The translations under genes were made by a program, and so were the position numbers. The notes beneath the pieces were generated by a model. That model saw only the letters and a list, made by a program, of their open reading frames with translations, made no database searches and was not told the DNA's origin. Of a stretch of DNA of 29,914 bases, positions 1-7,150 are shown piece by piece (positions within the stretch are counted from its first letter, which is position 1; the number at the start of each line of letters is the position of its first letter). Origin of the DNA: Gemmatimonadota bacterium (GTDB lineage Bacteria; Latescibacterota; UBA2968; UBA8231); contig JAYOYH010000023.1 in assembly GCA_038153405.1 (NCBI GenBank), positions 16,982-46,895 on the forward strand, read 5' to 3'.

Positions 1-123
1 CAATGGGCAGAACAGCTCGATGGTTGGACGGGAGACGTCGTCCTGTCCGACGAGAAGCGCGCGGCGTTAATCGACCAGGTGCTCATCCAACGGCGAGAGG
101 ATATTCAGTTTGCCCATGCGTAG
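1..123 (+). CDS. 3' end of a CDS entering from outside the window; product unknown
   Basis: Frame 1 is open from base 1 to TAG at 121-123: QWAEQLDGWTGDVVLSDEKRAALIDQVLIQRREDIQFAHA*, with protein-like composition. Confidence 0.6.
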   Translation, partial: QWAEQLDGWTGDVVLSDEKRAALIDQVLIQRREDIQFAHA

Positions 124-127
124 GTAA

Positions 128-259
128 AGCGCTTTGCCGCGGCCCAGCGCAGTAGCTTGGCGGATTCCGCTCACGTTTAGCGAAGAGGACTGTCGAGATA
201 TCGCAGAAATTATTTGCGAGGAAGCGACCAAGCGCGCGCAGGCTGCTTCCGGTATGTAG
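128..259 (+). pseudogene. Possible C-terminal remnant of a DegT-like PLP aminotransferase gene
   Basis: Frame 2 after TAA (125-127) reads SALPRPSAVAWRIPLTFSEEDCRDIAEIICEEATKRAQAASGM*. RIPLTFSxEDCxxIAxII resembles, from memory, the C-terminus of some DegT/DnrJ proteins. No convincing RBS/start. Confidence 0.3.
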
Positions 260-438
260 GTCGTCGTGTTTTTGCCGGCGCATGTAGGGCTCCTCATGCG
301 CCCACAGCGCCTGCTTTCATAACAGACCATGGGCACACTTTCATGGTTTAACAGGTGGTGCGGTGCTGCAAACGGTTGGAGCGAAAGCGGCAAAAGTGGC
401 GTCTGCCGTGCGAGTTTACGCTATCGATAGGCAAGGAA

Positions 439-888
439 ATGAGTTCTAAAACGACGTTTTTTTTGTGTTTCTTATGGTTGGCTTGTGCGCCGACACCCGA
501 CCGCCAGGGCGGTGCGCCAGAGCCTGCACAGCAACGCGAATTTGTTGTGGAAGTGACCAAGGGCGGTGGCGTGGCGGGCCTGTATAAGACCTATCGCCTG
601 CACGGAGAGGGCACGCTTGAAGCGCGGCAGCGCCTCGGGCAGAGCGATTCGCTGCTGTGGGTGCGCAACGTCGATAGGGTGCGCGTCGCCGCATTGCGCG
701 ATGGGTTGTTGGGCAGCGGCGCCCTACAGCAGTCGCTGAATGGCCGCGGCAATATGACGGCCTCGGTGCTCTATATGGCGGCAGGCGATACGGTGCGCTG
801 GTCGTGGGATGCGGGCAAAGAGCCGCCGCAAGCGCTAGGGGCATGGTATCGGCAGGTATGGTCGTTCTGCGCCGAGCAAGCGCCGTAA
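439..888 (+). CDS. Putative lipoprotein (149 aa), hypothetical
   Basis: AAGGA RBS before ATG 439; MSSKTTFFLCFLWLA-C gives a hydrophobic signal plus lipobox-like Cys; same frame as ORF 355..888. Confidence 0.75.
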   Translation: MSSKTTFFLCFLWLACAPTPDRQGGAPEPAQQREFVVEVTKGGGVAGLYKTYRLHGEGTLEARQRLGQSDSLLWVRNVDRVRVAALRDGLLGSGALQQSLNGRGNMTASVLYMAAGDTVRWSWDAGKEPPQALGAWYRQVWSFCAEQAP

Positions 889-911
889 GTGCGGTATTCG
901 CTGCAAAGAGA

Positions 912-940
912 AAGGCCCCGCTGTCGCACAGCAGGGCCTT
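912..940. terminator. Hairpin between convergent genes, probable intrinsic terminator
   Basis: AAGGCCC-C-GCTGT-cgc-ACAGC-A-GGGCCTT inverted repeat; on the minus strand it is followed by TCTCTTTG. Confidence 0.65.
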
Positions 941-965
941 CGCTCTATCGGATCGGATCTGCGCG

Positions 966-1934
966 CTAGCGCGTTTCGCTGCGCAGGTCGAGCCAGGCCA
1001 TTTCCCCTTCCGTAAGACGCGTTTGCAGTGCCTGTAGATTGGAGTTGATCTCGTCGCCGTTCACGCTGCCTACTAGCGCGTAGATATCGAGCGGGAAACT
1101 GAGCACGTAGGACAGAGCGACCTGCGGCACGGACAGGCCCTTTTCTTCGGCTAGTGCCCACGCGCGATCTAGGCGCTTGAAGTTTTCCGGATAGTAGTAG
1201 GATTTGGGCATTGAGCCGTCGAATTGGTCGCGGACTTCTTCGGCATTGGCGCTGGTGATCTTGCCGGAGAAAAAGCCGCGCGCCACGCTCGACCAGGTGA
1301 AGAGCGGCATCTCCTTATCGGCATACCACTGGCGCGCCGCTTGCTGCGAGGCGCCGGAGATCGACAGGCAGTCGGTCCACGGCTCTTCAAACTGTTCGGC
1401 CAGACTGAAGTTGGGGCTGGATACAGCAAAGGGCACGAGGCCGTGCTTGTCGGCGTATTCGTTGGCCTCTTCAAGGCGCTCGGGCGACCAGTTCGATCCG
1501 CCAAAAATGCGAATGCGGCCGGCCGCATGGTGCTCGTTGAGCGCTTCGATGATGGGGCCCACTGGCACTGTCGGATCGTCGCGGTGCAGTAGGTATATAT
1601 CGATGTAGTCGCTGCGCAGGCGCACCAGCGAGTCGGCCATATCGGAGGCGATGTCGTAGGGGGTGACGCGGTTGCGGTCCCCGTTGAGATGGGCTCCTTT
1701 GCCAATGAGTACGACATCGTCGCGGTTGCCGCGCTCCTCCATCCACAGGCCGAGCACGCGGTCGACTTCGCCGCCGCCGTAAATGTGGGCCGAATCGTAG
1801 GCGGTGATGCCGGCGGCAAAGGCGGCGTCGAGCAAGGCATAGCCCTCGTCGAGCTTGTTGCGATGCAGCATGATGCACCCCTGCACCAGGCGCGAGATCT
1901 TCTTGTTTACACCGGCGATTGTTCCGTATTGCAT
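966..1934 (-). CDS. Aldo/keto reductase
   Basis: AKR motifs: YDSAHIYG (Asp/Tyr), IGKG (Lys), DYIDIYLLHRDD, GGSNWS, QVALSYVL. Confidence 0.93.
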   Translation of the reverse strand: MQYGTIAGVNKKISRLVQGCIMLHRNKLDEGYALLDAAFAAGITAYDSAHIYGGGEVDRVLGLWMEERGNRDDVVLIGKGAHLNGDRNRVTPYDIASDMADSLVRLRSDYIDIYLLHRDDPTVPVGPIIEALNEHHAAGRIRIFGGSNWSPERLEEANEYADKHGLVPFAVSSPNFSLAEQFEEPWTDCLSISGASQQAARQWYADKEMPLFTWSSVARGFFSGKITSANAEEVRDQFDGSMPKSYYYPENFKRLDRAWALAEEKGLSVPQVALSYVLSFPLDIYALVGSVNGDEINSNLQALQTRLTEGEMAWLDLRSETR

Positions 1935-1938
1935 GCGG

Positions 1939-2922
1939 TCACTCCATTGGATAGGTAAGGCCCCACTGCGCGCGCACGGCGTCTAGTATTTTCATCAGGG
2001 CAATGGTTTCGTCTAGGGGCATGGTCGGGCTTTCGAGCAGGCCTTCTTGCAGGCAGCGGCCGACTTCGGCTGCTTCGTAGTTGTAGCCGTTGCCTCGTAC
2101 TTCAAACTCGATTTCCTCCTCGCGATCGCCTGCTTTGAGCGAGGCCTTTGCCGCCTTCCAGAAGTGGGTCGGTATGCGAATGGTCCCCTCGGTGCCGACG
2201 ATGGTCGCCTCGTGCGGCGTCGAGGTGCGCACGGCGCTGGTTAGCAGGGCCATGGCGCCGCTATCGTAGCCGAGAATGAGGGCATTCTGCTCGTCGACGC
2301 CGGTCTCGCCAATATGGGCCATGCTTTCGATGTGGGTCGGATTGGGGCCTAGCACAAACGAGGCAAAGGACGTGACGTAAATGCCCACATCGAGCAGGGC
2401 ACCGCCGCCCAAGGCGGGGTTGAAGAGACGGCTTTCGGGATTGATGCCGGCGCGAAAGCCGAAATCGGCGCTGACCAGCCGCACCGGGCCGATCGCTCCT
2501 TCATCGAGCCACTGTTTGACCTGCTGCATAGCGGGAAAGAAGCGGCTCCACATGGCTTCCATAAGAAACGCGCCCTCGCTGCGCGCAACGTGGGCGACGG
2601 CCTCGGCTTCGGCTGCGTTGATGGTAAAGGGCTTCTCGCACAGCACCGCCTTGCCCGCTTGCAGGCAGAGGATGCTGTTGTCCTTGTGGAACGGATGCGG
2701 CGTCGAGACGTAGATGGCATCTACGTTTGGGTCGTTGGCTAGCGCCTCGTATGAGGCGTGCCGCGTCGGCACGGCAAAGGCATCGCCAAAGGCGTCGGCG
2801 CTTTCCTGTGCGCGCGAACCGACGGCCTGTAACACGGCGTCGGGCGTGTCATTCAGGCCGCGTGCAAACTGCTTGGCGATGCTGCCTGTGCCGAGAATAC
2901 CCCAGCGGGTAGAGGCGGTCAT
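1939..2922 (-). CDS. Gfo/Idh/MocA family oxidoreductase (327 aa)
   Basis: Start reassigned to ATG 2922 (GGAG RBS; MTASTRWGILGTGSIA Rossmann motif); VLCEKP, MEAMW, GGGALLDVGIY; 4 bp upstream of the AKR gene. Confidence 0.93.
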   Translation of the reverse strand: MTASTRWGILGTGSIAKQFARGLNDTPDAVLQAVGSRAQESADAFGDAFAVPTRHASYEALANDPNVDAIYVSTPHPFHKDNSILCLQAGKAVLCEKPFTINAAEAEAVAHVARSEGAFLMEAMWSRFFPAMQQVKQWLDEGAIGPVRLVSADFGFRAGINPESRLFNPALGGGALLDVGIYVTSFASFVLGPNPTHIESMAHIGETGVDEQNALILGYDSGAMALLTSAVRTSTPHEATIVGTEGTIRIPTHFWKAAKASLKAGDREEEIEFEVRGNGYNYEAAEVGRCLQEGLLESPTMPLDETIALMKILDAVRAQWGLTYPME

Positions 2923-3032
2923 GGTGGCTCCCGTAGTGAGTTTTGAACAGAGCGGAGCTATAGTTTCAGCAGGGATGATATCAGCGTCAAGGTTGCATTG
3001 CCAACCCTGCTGAGCAAGGGCGAGAGATACCC

Positions 3033-6000
3033 TTAGCCGACAAAGGCGCGCGCGTTTTGGAAGAGCCGGAGCCAGGGGCCGCTGTCGCCTTGCCAACTGT
3101 CTGGTCGATGCGATAGCTGCATGGTGCGAAAGACGCGCTCGGGATGCGGCATCATAATGGTGGTGCGGCCATCGGCCGAACACAGCCCTGTAAGTCCCTC
3201 GGGCGAGCCGTTGGGATTGCTCGGGTAGCGCGCGCTGGGCTGGCCGGAGTTGTCGACATAGCGCAGAGCCAACTGGCCGTTGGCGCGCAGTGCATCTAAC
3301 GCGCCGTCGGCAAAGGCGGCGCGCCCCTCGCCGTGTGCTACGGCAATGGGCAGGCGCGATCCCTGCATGCTGCCGAGCAGCACCGACGGACTTTCCAACA
3401 CTTCGACCGTGCATAGGCGGGCTTCGAATTGTTCGGAGCGGTTGCGCAGAAAGCGCGGCCAGTGCTCGGTGCCCGGTATGAGCTCCTTGAGATGCGAAAG
3501 CATCTGGCAGCCGTTGCAGACGCCCAGTGCGAAGGTGTCGGGACGATGAAAAAAGGTGTGAAATTGCTCGCGCAGCACCTCGTTGAACAAAATGGAGCGC
3601 GCCCAGCCCGCTCCCGCGCCGAGCACGTCGCCGTAGCTAAAGCCGCCGCAGGCTACCAAGCCGTGGAAGGTGCTGAGTGCGGCATCGCCCGCTATTAAGT
3701 CGGTCATGGGCACGTCGACGGCTTCAAAGCCGGCCGCGTCAAAGGCCGCTGCCATTTCCACCTGGCCGTTGATGCCCTGCTCGCGCAGCACGGCCACGCG
3801 CGGACGGGCCGAGTGCACGGCCGCTGCTTGTGGACGGGGGCCCTGATTCGGGTCGTAGGCCAGGTGGAAGCTCAGACCGGGATCGCTCGCATCGCCAATC
3901 GATTCGTACTCTTCGCGCGCGCAGTCGGGGTTGTCGCGCTGCGCCTGCATGCGGTAGGTCAACTCGGCCCAGGTCGCGTGCAGCGCGAGAATGGGGGCGC
4001 GGTAGAGATCGGTTTCACCCTGGCGAATAACTAGCTCGCGGCTCGAATTGACGCGGCCAATCGCATGCGCGTGCTCCGTTAGGCCATGCGTAGCCAAAAT
4101 GGCGCGCACGGCCTGCTCATCGGCGCTGCTGTGCTGAATGATCACCCCTATTTCCTCGCAGAAGAGCGCGGCCAAGGCGTCGTCGCCCAGCGCTGAAATA
4201 TCGAGGTCAACGCCGCAGCGTCCGGCAAATGCCATCTCCGCAACCGCGGCGAATAGACCGCCGTCCGAGCGGTCGTGATAGGCGAGAATGCGGTCTTCGG
4301 CGTGCATGCACTGCACGGCGTCAAAGAGTTTGCGAAGATCGCCCGGCTCGACGTCGGGTGCCTCCGGGCCGATCTGGTTGTAGGTCTGGGCCAGCGCCGA
4401 ACCGCCGAGGCGATTTTTGCCGCCGCCCAAATCGACTAGCAACAGCGTCGTGTCTGCGTCGTCGCGCAGCTGCGGCGTGGCGTGCCGGCGCGCGTCTTCG
4501 ACGGGCGCAAATGCGGAGACGACGAGGCTGAGTGGCGCGACGATCTTCTGGTCCCGTCCCTGGCTGTCGCGCCACACGGCGCGCATGGACAGGCTGTCTT
4601 TGCCGACGGGAATGGAGACGCCCAGCTGTGGGCAGAACTCCATGCCGACGCTGTGCACAGTGTCGAAGAGGTTGGCGTCTTCGCCCGCTTCACCACAGGC
4701 GCACATCCAATTACCCGACAGTTTGATCTGCCGTATGTCGCCGATATGAGCCGCGGCGATATTGGTTATGGCTTCGGCGACGGCGAGTCGGCCCGATGCG
4801 GGTGCGTCGATAAGCGCGACGGGCGTGCGTTCGCCCATGGCCATCGCCGATCCCGTATAGCCCTTAAACGAGTGCGCGGTTAGCGCGACGTCGGATACCG
4901 GAACCTGGTAGGGTCCGACGAATTGGTCGCGGGCGATCAGGCCGGTAACGGTGCGGTCGGCGATGGTGATGAGAAAGGTCTTGGCGGCGACGGCGGGAAA
5001 GCGCAGCACGCGCGCGGCCGCATCGGCGATGGTCACGCCCGACAGGTTGAGCGGCGGATGCTGCTGCGGCAGGCGCTCGACGTCGCGCAGCATCCGCGGC
5101 GGTTTGCCGAGAAATACGTCGAGGTCTATTTCTGGAATGGGGTCTTCGCCGAGCAGCTCGTCGTGCAGGGCCAGCTTGCGATCGCCGGTTACTTCGCCGA
5201 TAACGGCATACAAGCAGCGCTCGCGCTTGGCCATGGCGCGGAAGCGCTCGAGCTGGTTGCGCCCGATGACCAGCACGTAGCGCTCCTGCGCCTCGTTACA
5301 CCAGATTTGCATCGGGCTCATCGACGGGTCGTCGTTGTGGATGGCGCGCAGCTGAAAGCGCGCACCCGTTTCCTCGACCAATTCGGGGCAGGCATTGGAC
5401 AGGCCACCGGCGCCGACGTCGTGGATGCTGAGGATGGGGTTTTCCGCGCCCAGCGCGATGCAGCGGCTGATCAGCTCCTGGCAGCGGCGCTCCATTTCGG
5501 GGTTGTCGCGCTGCACCGAGGCAAAGTCGAGATCCTCTTGATTGGAGCCGGTATCCATGCTGGAAGCTGCTCCGCCCCCTAAGCCGATCAGCATGGCCGG
5601 CCCGCCCAGCTGAATGACGTAATCGCCGGCTTGTGGCTGCTTTTTCTCGACGTGCACGTCGTCGATCAGCCCCACGCCGCCGGCGACCATAATGGGCTTG
5701 TGGTAGCCGCGGTAACGGCCCTGCGCGACGTCTTCATAGGTGCGAAACAGGCCGAGGATATTGGGGCGGCCGAATTCGTTGCCGAAAGCGGCGCCGCCGA
5801 TCGGCCCTTCCGTCATAATGTGCAGCGGGGTGGCCAGACGCGCGGGGAATTCGGCGTGATCTCTTTCCCACGGCTGGGCGTAGTCGGGCAGCCGCAGGTG
5901 CGAGGTGAAGAAGGCGCACAGACCGGCCTGCGGCACGCCGCCCGTGCCGGCAGCGCCCTCGTCGCGGATCTCCCCGCCGACGCCGGTGGAGGCGCCCGGG

Positions 6001-6905
6001 TAGGGCGAGATGGCGGTGGGATGGTTATGCGTCTCGACTTTAATAAGCACGTGCGTTTGCTCGTCGCGGTAGGTATAGCGATGCTGGGCGTTGCCATCGG
6101 GGCGGAATACGGGCACGCAATAGCCCTGGAGAATGCCGCTGTTGTCGGAGTAGGCCTTGACGGTGCCGTGCGGCTGCAGCGCGTGCGTATTGCGAATCAT
6201 GTCGAAGAGCGAGTGCGGCTGCGCCTTCCCGTCGATCACCCATTCGGCGTTAAAGATCTTGTGGCGGCAGTGCTCGGAGTTGACGACGGAAAACATCATG
6301 AGCTCGACGTCGGTCGGATCGCGCTGGACGCTGCGGTAGGTCTGTGCAACGTAATCTACCTCGTCGTCGGCAAGGGCCAATCCCATATCGGCGTTGGCGC
6401 GCTCGAGCGCGGCGCGTCCCTCGGCCAGTACGGGAATGCGGACCAGAGGTTGGGGTGCAATCTGCGCAAAGAGCGCCTCTAGGTCGCCGGTGGGCGCTTC
6501 GGTCATGCGGTCGTGCAGCAGGGGCGCAATGCCGGCTAGTTGTTCGGCGGTTGGCGGCGTGGAACTGCTAAAGGTATATGCGATGCCGCGTTCCACGCGC
6601 ACGACGACGTCAAGTCCGCAGTTGTGCAGGATATCGGTGGCTTTGCTCGACCAGGGCGAGATGGTGCCGGGGCGCGGGCAGATAAAGAGCTGGTTTGGCT
6701 GGTGCGCCGGCGCCTCGGGACCGGCGCCGAGGATGCGCTGCAGTTGCTCGCGCTCGGCGTCGGCCAGCCGGCGGCGGAGATGCACCATAAAAAAGAAGCC
6801 GGCGTCGAGACCTTTGAGGTCGGGCCACTGCTGGCGGCAGCGATCGAACAAGGGAAGGCGTCGGAAGTCGGAAAGGGCAGGTTCGCCGAGGAAGACCAAC
6901 AGCAT
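3033..6905 (-). CDS. purL: Phosphoribosylformylglycinamidine synthase, large single-chain type
   Basis: NSEHCRHKIFN, KVETHNHPTAISP, HDVGAGG, GKDSLSM, YHDRSDGG; glutaminase domain GVCNGCQ and MMPHPER. Start MLLVFLGEPALSDFR (6905) preferred; the in-frame ATG at 6971 is an alternative. Confidence 0.97.
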   Translation of the reverse strand: MLLVFLGEPALSDFRRLPLFDRCRQQWPDLKGLDAGFFFMVHLRRRLADAEREQLQRILGAGPEAPAHQPNQLFICPRPGTISPWSSKATDILHNCGLDVVVRVERGIAYTFSSSTPPTAEQLAGIAPLLHDRMTEAPTGDLEALFAQIAPQPLVRIPVLAEGRAALERANADMGLALADDEVDYVAQTYRSVQRDPTDVELMMFSVVNSEHCRHKIFNAEWVIDGKAQPHSLFDMIRNTHALQPHGTVKAYSDNSGILQGYCVPVFRPDGNAQHRYTYRDEQTHVLIKVETHNHPTAISPYPGASTGVGGEIRDEGAAGTGGVPQAGLCAFFTSHLRLPDYAQPWERDHAEFPARLATPLHIMTEGPIGGAAFGNEFGRPNILGLFRTYEDVAQGRYRGYHKPIMVAGGVGLIDDVHVEKKQPQAGDYVIQLGGPAMLIGLGGGAASSMDTGSNQEDLDFASVQRDNPEMERRCQELISRCIALGAENPILSIHDVGAGGLSNACPELVEETGARFQLRAIHNDDPSMSPMQIWCNEAQERYVLVIGRNQLERFRAMAKRERCLYAVIGEVTGDRKLALHDELLGEDPIPEIDLDVFLGKPPRMLRDVERLPQQHPPLNLSGVTIADAAARVLRFPAVAAKTFLITIADRTVTGLIARDQFVGPYQVPVSDVALTAHSFKGYTGSAMAMGERTPVALIDAPASGRLAVAEAITNIAAAHIGDIRQIKLSGNWMCACGEAGEDANLFDTVHSVGMEFCPQLGVSIPVGKDSLSMRAVWRDSQGRDQKIVAPLSLVVSAFAPVEDARRHATPQLRDDADTTLLLVDLGGGKNRLGGSALAQTYNQIGPEAPDVEPGDLRKLFDAVQCMHAEDRILAYHDRSDGGLFAAVAEMAFAGRCGVDLDISALGDDALAALFCEEIGVIIQHSSADEQAVRAILATHGLTEHAHAIGRVNSSRELVIRQGETDLYRAPILALHATWAELTYRMQAQRDNPDCAREEYESIGDASDPGLSFHLAYDPNQGPRPQAAAVHSARPRVAVLREQGINGQVEMAAAFDAAGFEAVDVPMTDLIAGDAALSTFHGLVACGGFSYGDVLGAGAGWARSILFNEVLREQFHTFFHRPDTFALGVCNGCQMLSHLKELIPGTEHWPRFLRNRSEQFEARLCTVEVLESPSVLLGSMQGSRLPIAVAHGEGRAAFADGALDALRANGQLALRYVDNSGQPSARYPSNPNGSPEGLTGLCSADGRTTIMMPHPERVFRTMQLSHRPDSWQGDSGPWLRLFQNARAFVG

Positions 6906-6976
6906 AGTGTAGCCCACTTGCGAGAGGGTGATGAGCCGATGAGCCCGACGTGCGCAGCCGGGCAAGGACATGGGCT

Positions 6977-7004
6977 AATTTAGGTCGGATTGCGCGGGAT
7001 TCAA
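6977..7004 (-). promoter_or_regulatory. Candidate sigma70-type promoter for purL
   Basis: Minus strand reads TTGAAT-N16-TAAATT. Confidence 0.4.
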
Positions 7005-7056
7005 GGGCCGCCCGATTTAAAATGGCAATGGGCTCTATAAGCGCGACTAATACGAT

Positions 7057-7108
7057 TCATTAATGATTGAAAGTCCTTTACTTACATGAAGTAAGGAGTA
7101 TATTCAAT
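7057..7108. promoter_or_regulatory. AT-rich palindromic elements upstream of sucA (candidate operator)
   Basis: TCATTAATGA (7057-7066) is a perfect palindrome; nested inverted repeat ATTGAA..TCC-T-TTACTT-acatg-AAGTAA-GGA..TTCAAT spans 7066-7108. Confidence 0.4.
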
Positions 7109-7150
7109 AGTTGTTTTAGGCGCGCGTAAAAGGCTGAAAAAGGAAGAGCG

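Noticed and set aside
2923..3414. Long N-terminal extension of the Gfo/Idh/MocA ORF (1939..3414)
   Set aside because: Overlaps the purL 3' end; the RBS and Rossmann motif support the start at 2922.
6906..7060. ZTP or purine riboswitch upstream of purL
   Set aside because: Conserved motifs of these classes are not visible on the minus strand.
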